Source: Bigelowiella natans CCMP2755 (Eukaryota > Protista > Cercozoa). From it: a stretch of DNA of 64,000 bases. Shown here one piece after another: positions 11,428-28,174 of the stretch. Under the pieces are notes generated by a model. That model made no database searches and was not told where the DNA came from. It saw only the letters and a list, made by a program, of their open reading frames with translations. The translations under genes were made by a program, and so were the position numbers. Every line of letters starts with the position of its first letter. Positions within the stretch are counted from its first letter, which is position 1. The DNA lies in contig ADNK01001378.1 in the NCBI GenBank assembly GCA_000320545.1, positions 1 through 64,000 of the forward strand, read 5' to 3'.

Positions 11428-12431
11428 TATCGTGACTCTGTGGGAAGCAAGAGTGTGACACGGTGTAATTTTTAAGATCTGGCGATCGCATCCCCATGTC
11501 ATTGCATAGCATCTCAATAAACTGAAAGGGTCAATATCCATGTGAAATTCAACAATCTCTGATATCTTTGTCAACAATGTGCAGCGCGTGCGTTTGTATG
11601 CGTGTTGCGCGTGTGTGTTTGTTGTACATTGTGCATGTGGATTTGTTTTTCATGGATGCAGAAAGCTACTACGTACGAGCTGCTGCATCACATTAGCGTA
11701 GTAAGCGCGCAGTGATCATGGCGTACACACGTGGCTACGCGTAGCAGTCGCGCCCAGACGCATGCAGTCAAATGTCGCCAATATGCATGTAAACACTAGC
11801 GCACACAACGGCGCAGGCAGACTGCTAAACTAGTGCACTGCATGCATGCGCTAGCATGCTATGCTAGTATGGTCGGCTCACTTCGAGTACTAGAGCACGT
11901 AGCCTTGTGATCAGCCTGTGATGTCTAGCAGAAACACTCAAATACGCTCACTAGCACATGGAGCATGTGCGTGTCGTATGTAGGTCATTGGAACATGCGC
12001 CGGCACGTACGCACGCCAGCTAGCCAGTGCGTTACGTAATAACACGGCATTGTTCTACATGAGTAGTCATTCACATGCAGGAGTTGGCTTCCATGCAAGC
12101 ATCATGCAAACACGCCCAGTCAGCGCGCGCACACACACAAACACACATGTAGCCTAGCACATAGCTAGAATAGACGTGTGCTCGGCGTCAGATCAGTCCC
12201 AGCAGTGACAGCGTACCCGCCCGCCGCGCAGACGATATTATAATATCCAGCGCCAGGCATGGTGTGCGGCGCGTACAACCATGCCGTGTGCATGCATGGC
12301 ATCGCAGCACCATCGCAAATGAGTGTATGGTTGAGCACATACTTGTCGCTTACCTCTGCGTGCAGAATGATAGCCAGGCTGCAATAAACTAGAAAATTTA
12401 TCTCATCTACAATAACCAACGTTGACAAAGC

Positions 12432-17369
<4,938 letters not shown>

Positions 17370-17677
17370 TTTGGGATCGTTTTGTTTTCCTTCGGCTTAT
17401 ATAGGAGTACGTTGCTGCTCTACCCCTAGCGCTCAGACCACAGCGCGTGCCGTATTTTGGGGAAAAGAGCTGGGTGTAGAGGGAAGGTTCTTTCCCCGAT
17501 GGAAAAAATGCAGAATTTGTCTTATGCAATTATCATTGACGACATCATCTTATTGTTGTCGTAGTAAATATTTCTTATCAGATTTATAGATCTCCAAAGA
17601 TTCTCGGGATATTCGGAATTACATAGAGCTCGGCGATTTCTCCAGTTTTTTCGCTTCGAGCGAGAGCTACGGACTGA

Positions 17678-17709
17678 TTTCCCGCCATCATTTTGCATTT
17701 CCCGCCAAA
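17678..17709 (+). promoter_or_regulatory. Two E2F-like sites (TTTCCCGCCA) in the UTP6/cyclin divergent promoter
   Basis: TTTCCCGCCA at 17678 and TTTCCCGCCAAA at 17698 match the TTTSSCGC consensus and are 20 bp apart. Confidence 0.45.
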
Positions 17710-18524
17710 GGGAAACCCTCATTGAAAACCGGGGAAAGTGCATTAGGATTGTGAAATTCATGGGAATTTTCCTTGAAATTAACCGAATTAATTTGGAGGC
17801 CGAGATTTCGAAGAAATTCGAGAATAATTCCCGATGAATTATTACTTTTCTTTCGAATAAAAAATATCGTTCATCGGCGATTGAGAGAGATGAAAAAGAA
17901 GGATGGCAAGTAATTTGTACCATAGAGGAAAATTATTTTCCGTCTATCTGGTCAAAATTTTCAAATTTCATACCCTATAATTTTGCGAATAATGTTGCAA
18001 TTAGCTTTTATTTTGTAACATATTACATGTTTTTGCACTAATATAGGGATTATCATCACATTAAAAAATCTGACTTTTGCAACCTAGATATATGAGGAAC
18101 AGAGCTGATTTGCTGTGTTGCCAGAGACCGAGAAGATCTGAAGGAGGCTTCCCGTTTGTTTTGAGTGTTTTTCGCCAAAAGAAAGTTGCTTCAGCAATAG
18201 AATGGCATCCAATTTATACTTTCGTCTAGTCGTTGACACACGTCATCGAGGTTTTGCCAGGTAATGGCTTCCTCACGCCCTTGGATTCTTCCATGAGTTT
18301 AGAATCACCCAACGATCTCAACTGCGACCACCTCCCTCCATCCTTTCCCGTTTAAAAAACAATAAATGAATGAACGAAAAAAGATGTGTCCATCTGTACT
18401 AACAGCATAGCTTTGTAGACCTCATTACTCTATCTTACCTTGATGTGACTTACTGGATATTTTTCTAACCCTATAATTTGTCCTTGTCAGACCTTTCTTC
18501 AGACCCATTCTTCATTCCCCAACC

Positions 18525-19726
18525 ATGAACTCCACCTTCTCCAATATGTCGACAGAGGAGCAATCCTTTGAAAACAAAGAGTGCAAAGACTTCCCCCGCG
18601 AGACCATCACAACTGCGGTTGGTTGTATTCTTGCCCAAGTTTGTGCTGCAAACGAGAAGGTACAATCTTGAGCTGTATATTTGCATCCATCTGAACTTCA
18701 TTTTATGTGATAGTTACTCCTCACCCGAATTCCTCCAAAATCACGATTCCAAGCCACCAATCGTCCCCTGATTTCTATCCAAGGATACGTCTCAAGGTAG
18801 CGGGACGTAGAAAACCTTAAATCTTCATTTCAACTAAATTTTCTCCTTATCAGGATTGCCAAATATTCGCAATGCAGTTCACAGTCGTTTATCCTGGCCT
18901 TAATCTACATCGATCGGCTCATCCAGCGAAATCCCTCATTCCTCATAACGTCGCTTAATGCCCATCGACTATTCATCACAGCGTAAGTCGATCAAATATT
19001 TTTCATTATAAAGCAGCTAATTTGATATCTTAACTAACCTTCAGAATCGTCGTTGCGGCTAAGTTTTCGAGCGATTTCTTTTTCAAGAATTCGTTCTATG
19101 CGAAAGTGGGAGGGATCAGCACTCCTGAGCTTAATGAACTTGAGCTCGAATTCTTATTTCGAATTCATTTCGTCCTCTTTGTGAAGGAAGAAACGTTCAA
19201 GCAATATCATGCTCATCTGATGATGTACGCAACCAATTCCCCCACAAAATCCCCGCTTCAGCTGCGAATTAGCTCAGCTGAAGAGGGGAAAACCTCGAAG
19301 AAGATCGACGATCCCGTCAGTAGACCCCAGAGGTGCAAGTCGCAGCATTTAGTCCACGCCAGGGGAAGAGACAAAGGCGAAATTTTCATAGACGATAGGA
19401 CACATGTCTCCGGCAATACAGTCGTGGCGAACGTCAATCGCACACAATATCCACAACTAACAACCCATAACCCATACCATCACCACCACCATCCTATTAG
19501 TAGATCAAACCAACCAAACCAACCAAACCAGCATCGGCGCCATCACTCCGATATTAATCACCAGCATCCCCACTTCTTCAGCGCTACCCCATATGCAAAA
19601 CGCCATCGGTCTCATGTGCGAAGAAACACCTCCCCCACCGATCACGCACTCATGAACAAACGGGCTGTAAGCATGGATATTTGGTTTCCAATGAAGTCCA
19701 CTACCACCACCGTAGCAGCTCGCTAA
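18525..19726 (+). CDS. PHO80-like (P/U-type) cyclin
   Basis: Spliced product: [89 protein letters not shown]. Three short GT-AG introns. Confidence 0.92.
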
Positions 19727-21423
19727 TGTATACTAGAATAGTAGAAGGCCTCTAGAATATACGCACCAAGTGTATTGTCTTTACTTAAAACAAAGACGGC
19801 CCCGGAGCTGAAGGATTACAATAAAAAACAAGAGAAAAAATAAACACATCAGTCAGTCAATATTTTGGAAAGGTTGGCTGTACCTTTAATATTTGCTCTT
19901 CATTCACCTTTTCTTTTTGCAGTTTACATGAAAAGGTTTTCATCTCCGTTCATAGAAAGGAGTACCATTTTGAACTATGTTGTCGCAGACTATTTTTTAT
20001 CAACGTCGGACACGAGAAAAAACAAACTTATCACAATCAAGATTGCTCATTTTATCTGTTACTACAAAAATTATAATAATGTTTTACTACACAAAGAACT
20101 ATTCTTTAGTTCCAGAAATAAGATGCGATAATATCCCAAAGTTACTGATGGAATTTGTCGTCTTCTTAATTTAAAAAAATAAATTAGTCTAATTGAAACG
20201 AAACGACACCATTGTATCTGCGTTGTCGCAAATAATTAAAAATTGGGAGGATTGGCTTGGGGATGTTCTTTATGAGAAAAGAGCTCTAGGTCAGGGAAAA
20301 AAAATGAAGAATTGGATCATGACGAAGAGGCTATCCTGCCTCAATGTCATTTGCGGGCTGGCAACCTGCGAACTTAGTGTAACGAAGGCGACGAGACATC
20401 TCGCTTCATCCTAGAAGATTGGAGATATGAAGGACTGACGTCTGGACATTGATTAATCTCGTCGCAGTGAATGTAATGATTTTAAAGAATGCTGTGATAC
20501 CTACGTGTACACGCCTTATTCATTACACCTTCGAATATTCACCAACTCATTTTGTTGAACATTTTTTGGCACTGTGATCTATGCTAGTATGCGGTGCGTA
20601 ACCATTTATTTTGCGGAGCAATTTGTTGATAATTTGCCAGCATGTGCGTCTAGCTAGCTAGGTATGACAAGGTTGGCGGCTGCTAGCTAGCTTGGCTGCA
20701 CTGCGCTAGCATGGACTGTCGTCGCACATCTAGCAGATCGACATGTCGCAAAATGTGCACATGGCATAACAGCACATGTGCAGCATGCAGCATGGCCCAC
20801 CATGTGTGCAAGCTACAGCTAGACGGATGCAATGCTATATGCTAGCATCGCAATGGATCAATTGAATTTGTTCGCAATGCTGTCAGCAGGATGGCGTCCA
20901 TCCTTGTGTACGTAGCTGTGCAATGCATGTGTGCATTGCTAGCTAGCTGGACTGCATGTGCGTGCTGGCTCCAACAACACGCATGCTACGTACGTATACG
21001 TCCACATAGCAGACGTATGATCCACCGCGCTTTCAACTATTGGATCACGCTAGTACGCTTCGCACACATTCGTGAGAGCATCGATATAGCACACCAGCAT
21101 GCAGATCGGCCAGATCATGACCCTGAAGTAGCTGGCACATTGTTAGACACTCTTTGCATGCATGTACGACATCTCGGCGCTGTAGCTGCTGCATTGCATA
21201 GCTACATAAGGCTAGAAGGATGACCATTGAACAAATCTGATTAATTACATCCGTCTTCTATTACATCTCGGTGGGCGACACACATATATAGGTGTACGTA
21301 GAGAAGATTTGTTAGGACGTACGTGCGTAGGCACAGCATCTGTCTAAGCACGCACCACCGTGCGGCGACGCTCCGTGGCAACTGTGGATGCTTCCGATCC
21401 ATATGTCAACCTTCTAGTTCACA

Positions 21424-24400
21424 TCATTCGCTTTGTGCTAGAGCTTGAATTCGGGAAGCCAGCCGTTCCACCATGGGATGATCCGCCAAATAAACACCAG
21501 AATTCAAAAGATCTCGACGCTCCGCTTCCAGCCGGCTAATTTCCTGAGAAGTGCGAGGTAGTACAATTAGGGTAAAGAATTTCTGATGTGACCTATCCTA
21601 GGACCGTTGCATGTTTATGCGCTCCTCCGACCATGGGCGCCACAAGAGGGACCTCCTTGGCCATGGATACCTCAGCGGATTCTAATACTGACGGTGCCGT
21701 CGCCCCCTCTGCTTCAAAAACGGGTAATTTGAACTTCACGTCTGGTCGCACTTGAGGCGACGATCCGCTGCCGAGAGCCGCGTACAAATCCTGCTTTATA
21801 GCTAGGAGCTCATTGCGCATATTTGTAGCTTTGCTTTCCCTTTGCTGACGTGTATACGCCGCTCGAAGTCGTGCAATTTCTTTTTCTTCCATCTGAGTAT
21901 TGTGTGTGTGGATTTAATACGTAAATTTGTCATATTCTGATTGCAAAATACGGTAAAAAATTGTTCGCAATTTTTCTCGTGATGGCGAGCAAAAAGGAAA
22001 TAGATTCACTGTTTAATACCTTGAGCCTTTTTTCATGATCCGCATCTCGTAGTCGCCTGAGACGCACGATTTCTTCTAAGCATTTCCGAAGGTGCGCCTG
22101 AATGAATTGCTATATCGTCATCTTCCGCGAAATAAACCAAGTGACACGGCATCACCTTTGCCCTAGCCTCCGACTCCTTCGCGCCTCTCAAGTCCTGCCT
22201 CACTTCTCTAAGAAAATGATACAGCCACTTCCGTTATGTTCCTGAATAGATATCGTCCCGCCCCCCCCCCCCCCCCCCCCCCCCCCTTAGATGTTGTTCG
22301 TATGTCCTAGTCTTCCTCACTTTATCTCCAGATCCTTCTCGGTAATCTTCTGCCTCAGCCCGGCGACTTGTGATTTGTCCATCTTCTGCTTAAACCTTTG
22401 GAATTCCATCTCCACCTATTCCGTTTCATAAAGCAAAAATGATCGCTAGTCCAGAGAAAGGAGGGCCGGCGAGGGGGGGGGGGAAGAGGAGATGGAGATG
22501 GGGCTCCTCACCGCTTTCTTGGATGCTGTCAGAGTCTCTATGCGCTTCTTTAAAACCTTTTTCGAAAAAATATCAGGCAATGGATCAGAATCCGTTATTC
22601 CCTAGGCCTCGTTATTTTTGGAGCACACGCTACCTTGTTTTGCTGTTTTATCTCCGTATTGTGCAGTTTCAGTATTGACTATGAATCGACACCAGAATGT
22701 TTCTCGTCAGAATTACCACAACTAAAGCTGCTACAACAACAACTACTACTACTACTACTACTAACAATAGTAATAATGAAAAAAAATAAGCTACAACTGC
22801 TACCATTTCGTGTTTATGCTGGTCTTTCAGTCGCTTTAGGGCAAGCATAGTTTCATGCCCCTGCGCCTCGTAGTCCCGATGCAGTTTTTTCTTATGCTAC
22901 GTGGGAGGAAGGGGGGAAGAGGAAGGACAAAGTTATGCGTATGCTGACAACATTTAGTTTCATAAGTCAAAAAGAGGTTTAGGATCGATACTTCCTCGAG
23001 AGCACTCTCCCCATTTTTCAATGCCTTCTCTTGTCTTTCGCACTCGAACAAAGCCTATGCGCAGACGATCATATTTTCAGCAGGAGGAAGGTTAATTTTG
23101 CAGTTGGAAGCAGCAAGTACGTGTTTGAGCTTCTTCTCAAGATTCCCTAGTTCTTGTGTTCTCTGCTCGTAGGCCTCCTCTCGTGCGGCCAATTGTTTCT
23201 GTGTGGTCCGAATGACAAATGAAACCAACGTGTCGCTATTCCATTACCAAAAAGAGCATGAACCTGAAATTCTGCTTCAAGCTCTTGCGCTCTCTGCTTC
23301 TCCCGCTTCTTCCAAATATTCTCCCATCTTGCAAGAATTGTTTGATGGAGTTAGAATGAGAGAGAGATTGAGCGCAATCGAAAAAGCTTTTTGCTTCTTA
23401 CCTCTTTTCCTCAGCCCTTCTCCACATTTCCAGCTCCCAGGCTAGTTGATAGCCCATAATCTGCGGAACTTTGTTTGTAGACTTTTCTTCACTTGTGGCA
23501 GCGGCCTGGGGAGTCGAAGCTGTTGCCTCCTTTATTTGTGCGGAAGAGGCTAGAGCCTTTCCTTTACTATCAGGCGATACTCCAGATCCGAAATCCTCCA
23601 GGGTGAGGATGATACGAACTGACCCAACACGCTCGATGCCTTTGATGGTCAAACCGGAAAAAAAGCGCTGAGCCCAAAATGGGATGAAGTATATATAGAG
23701 AGTATGCATGTTTTGTTCTATGTATTTTTTGGTTGCTGTGCTTCGACCTTTCTGATGTACAGATTCTCGATATATTGTACAATAGTTATCGACGGCTTGA
23801 AGAGTTGCATTGCTGCTATTTCCAGATATCGAAGCTGATGGAGTCCCGCCTGGTTGAGGGGCATCCACAGTAAAAACGGGAGCAGAAAGCAGTCCATCTA
23901 GGTCGCGACGGACGATACCAAGCTCCTCCCGCTGTCCATTTTTAAGTCTCTTGAAGACCTTTAGAGGGAGGAAAAACAAATTAATAGGCCAAGATAAGTT
24001 GTATTTAAGACTAGATTAAATACCTGTACAATTAGAGGCTTATTCCTGAAAGCTGTTTCGAGCTCTTTACGCGTGCACTGGAATTCGAACGAGCAGAATC
24101 CGTTTGGGAGCATTACTTCTTTCCCCCTCTGAACCTCTACGTCAGGTTCCGTCTCCAAAGGAGCTATTGGTGCAGCTCTAAACAGTGGATACGAGTATCT
24201 CAGGAAAACGTGGCACTTTTTTACTATGCCTCGCACAGAGCGGAGATCTACGCTCACACGATATTTTCTCGTGGATGAGGAGTAAAAATCAGATGGAAAC
24301 TGTCTCTGCTGGGATGTTTGAGACTGCCGGTTGTGATGAGCTGGCGCGGGACTCTCCGAAGACGCTGATGATGACACTTGTGGCTCAGGGGATCTTTCAG

Positions 24401-24680
24401 GAACATGATCACACCGCATGTTTTGCGTTGCTGAAGTATCGGTCGTAGGAGGCAATTTGGTCATCGGCGTCGGTTCCTTGAGTTCTCTTCTTGTCTTTTC
24501 TTCAGCGGGGGTAGTATTATCGTTGGTAGGTTCTTCATCTTCGAATGCATCGTCAGCGTAATCGTCCTCGTCGCTCTAAACAGCAAAGTTTTTTGGATAA
24601 GCAATTCAAGACTGAGCAATGAACCAGGTCACATGAAAATGACATTGCCGGCCACATCTATGAGTACTTTCTTGACTCAT
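21424..24680 (-). CDS. CEP120: Centrosomal protein CEP120-like (one C2 domain plus coiled coil)
   Basis: C2C-like domain (VSVDLRSVRG..FLRYSYPLF..PDVEVQRGKEVMLPNGFCSFEF..PLIVQV..LTLEDFG), YQLAWELEMWR, coiled coil, and the C-terminal RLEAERRDLLNSGVY..DHPMVERL motif. Start approximate. Confidence 0.85.
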
Positions 24681-25300
24681 GAATGTGGTAGAGAGAGGGG
24701 GCAGACTCTCTGTAAGGAATCATAAAATGAAAAAAACCTAATCTTTTTTTTGCAAGTAATCCGTATCATTAAATTAAATAAAGGAATTCAGGAAGAATGG
24801 AGGTAGGTTGGGGGAGGACCATTCCAACGTTGGAGAGCAAACGACTTCCCGCCAACCAAGCACTTTTCAGTTCCGAATTGTGTTCAGTAAATCGCAAAAT
24901 GCAGACGAAAAATGTCAATCTTGAGGACCCAATCGATGTCTTCTTCAGAAATTGTCCTGTATCTGAAATTAGATATTACAACTTCACGTTTCCAATAAAT
25001 TGACCACAGAAACTCATTCTACGACATTTGAAAAATGGGTTTCATTTCATAAATGAGACCTAATCTTCACGAAGGGGGATATCTAATAGCCAGATTCATA
25101 GACTTAATTTCTTCTTAAAGCCAAACGGAGCCAGAACTGAAACGAATTTATCATTTATTGTGATATAACGTACATTAGTGTAACGCGACAACCTATTCTG
25201 TTGTCGCATATCGAAAACAGTTCAAACATTCGTTTTAACTCTTCAAGCGAAACTCTCCCCCAACACGTAAAACAAGTGGAGCCGGTCGACATCAGGAACG

Positions 25301-26926
25301 ATGGTGACTCCCTAGAAAATTCATTAGAATCAAATAACTTTTTCTAGGGTTCATTAGAAAGTGAGTATACCTGTCTTACAGGCGAAGAAGAAAAAGGGAA
25401 AGAAAAAGGGGAAAAAGAAAGAAGCAGCTCCTCCAGATCCAATACTACTTGAGATACAAACGTATCCACTAGATAAGGTGCCAGAGAGCAATCTCAACTT
25501 TTAGAAGATTTACCTTCATGCATAATCTAATCACACACGAATGCAGGTCAATGCCCAGAGAGAGGAGCTCCGAGCAAAGCTGAAGGTTAAAAAACTAATT
25601 TTGTATTACTGTGGAATGCAGGTTGACATTATTACCAATACTGTTAATCAGGAGATAAGAAGGAATCGAAACTACTACATGCTCGAGCGTGATGCAATCC
25701 AGCAGTATCATTACATAGTATGCCAGGAAAACGAGGAATTGAAAGCTGAAATTCGAAATCTCGAGAGTGAGGTGGAGAGGAAAACTCGAGCCCATAGAGA
25801 TGCAATCAAAATATATCTCCAAAAGGTGACGCATTTAGAGTATGAACACTCTCACAATCTGGCAATGGTGAAAGAAGCAAGGAACAAGGAGTTGCACGAA
25901 GAGGCCGAATTCCATAACGAGAAAAGACAGGAGCTTTACAAGATGAAGGCGGAAATAGAGCAGGATTTTGAGAAAGAAAAGAAAGATCAGGAAGCCCAAA
26001 TCAAACTTAAACAAGAGCAAAATCGGGAGGAACTTGCCGCAATGCGGGCAGCTCATGAAGAAAAGCATTTAAAATTGAAAAAAAAATATGATAGGCGGCT
26101 CCAACAACTAATTGAAGATCTCGAATTAAGGAGAAAAATCGAAATTCATGAAATCGAAGAGCGTAAAAATGGCCATATCAACCAGCTTATAGAAAATCAC
26201 GAGAAAAGCTTCAATGGAATGAGAGCGTATTACAATTCACTGACGAAGGACAACCTGGGCCTCATTAAGTCTCTAAAAGATGAACTGACCAGTCTCAAGA
26301 CTAGGCAAGAGCAGCATGAAAAGACGATTGCTGATTACAACGCCAGGAATAAACAACTTCAGCAGCCTAAAAGTAAGGCCGAGGCGGAAGTAGCAGAACT
26401 TCAAGAGAAGCTCAAGAACTATCAGAAAGATAAGCTTTCCCTGAAACATTCACGGCAGCGTGCGATAACGCTGGAGGAGAACTTGAAACAGATGAGAAGA
26501 GAGCAAAAGAAGCTTGAAGTGAAATTCAATGCCGTAAAAGAGGAATGTAAGGAATTGTATGACACGTTCGATGATGTCGTAGTGAGCGTCAAGAAAAAAG
26601 GAGAGGCACAAAATGGAAGATTGGAGGAACTGGTGAAGAAAAAGTCAAACGAATTTGCAGAAAAGAAGGCTCAGTTCACCTCTCTAATTAAGACTACACA
26701 GCTTGATCCAGTGGCTATCGGGGCAAAGCTGGACTCAGATCTAGCATCGAAGAATACAGAGCTGAAACAACTTCAGTACGAGAACGCTAAAATTGCAAAA
26801 GCTCACGATGATCTCGTCCGTGTATATGAGGCCAAGCTACGCAAGATGGGTATACCAGAAGGCGAATTGAACACTCGACCCTTCGTTAGCAAGGCTAACA
26901 CCGCTCCAGCTGATGTTATCATTTAA
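25301..26926 (+). CDS. GAS8: Dynein regulatory complex subunit 4 / growth arrest-specific 8
   Basis: ATG-only first exon, then AKKKKGKKKGKK..RRNRNYYMLERD..IKIYLQKVTHLEYEH..ELRRKIEIHEIEERKNGHINQLIENHEKSF..MRAYYNSLTKDNLGLIKSLK..KAHDDLVRVYEAKL. Confidence 0.95.
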
Positions 26927-26984
26927 TTATTTTCAACAAAACTACTAGACTACTTGATCGAGTAGCAGCGAATAAATTTGAGAA

Positions 26985-27990
26985 CATGGCATGTAGCCAA
27001 CAAGAAATGTGCAAGCGACTGGCAGCGCTTCATCACGTGTGTCCACAGAAGTTCAGGGGAAGTCTAGAAGTCACATGTCTGGGTTTGCGATGCGCACTGG
27101 CATTTGGTGTCGTAAATTCAGCTAAATGCGCGCTTCATGCATGCATCCAATGCATCAAAACCATGCATATGGGCACACTTGTGTACAATGTTGTCAGGCG
27201 GAAGCAACGGGTGCAAGCATGCAATGTGCGAAGATGTTTGCAACTAGCCACAGGCAAGAAATAAACTGTATGTGGAGAGTAGATCAAATGATGGTGAACA
27301 CTAGCACTGCTAGACTGTTTTGTGCATCTAGGCATCTGCATTGCTAGATTATGATTGCCACGTTAGCACGTTAGCACGTCAGAACATGTCCCTAACCATT
27401 CTGCATCGCGGCCATCCCAATTAGCCAAGCTATGCTACAGTGAGCTCGCTACACATGTGTAGCTCCCGACGCTACATGCTAGCGTGTCACGCAAGCCAAT
27501 CTTGCGCTGGATGCAATTGATCAGACGCACTGCGTATGCTATGATGGCATGCATCGCACATCGATCATGTTTGATGATCTAGATCGATCTGACTGCAGCG
27601 CTCATGCTAGCTAGAGCTAGCTAGAGCACGCCGCATCAGCGGATGCCGCTCCCCTCTAGCCCTACACCCTGTGCTGACGATGCGTGCACCAGTCTAGCAG
27701 TGTGTGTGTGTGTGAAACGAACAATCACACGCTAGCACGAGACGGCTGCGATGCTGTGCCACGCCGCGCAAACGACTGGCACAGACGAGCAACGTGACAT
27801 GCCAGTGTCAGCTGCAGCGCAGGGCAGGAGCGACAAAAACTAGAAAAGGGAAGGAAAGGTGACAAAGTTGAAGTGACAAGGCGAGCTAGCGAGTTGCAGG
27901 AGCGGCGTGCAACGTGCTACAGCATGTACACCGCTGTGCCCTTGCCTGCTGCTAAGCTTTCAATTGATGCATGGCGCAAATTTCTAACGA
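26985..27990. other. TpA-purged tract at the GAS8/RGS convergent junction
   Basis: Hand count in 27361-27960: about 26 TpA, only 2 outside CTA/TAG. Dense GCTAGC, CATG and TGCA. Confidence 0.85.
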
Positions 27991-28174
27991 TAGTATAATA
28001 GACACAGCAAGTCTATCATTAGTATGGTGTAGCATCCATCCATAGACCATGCGAAGAGAATCTTTAATTGTAATGTAATTATAACGTTGACATGCGCCAA
28101 ACGCTGGCACGAATCATGATTTGTTGTGACATGTCTCAGTAGTCTACATGTTCAGTAGCTATTAAAACTCGTAG

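Noticed and set aside
20891-21223. C/H/A/M-rich ORFs in convergent tracts (also 26986-27347, 43177-43587 and 53294-53767)
   Set aside because: Loss of TAA and gain of TG/CA artificially lengthens ORFs and enriches Cys/His/Met/Ala. No domain similarity is evident.
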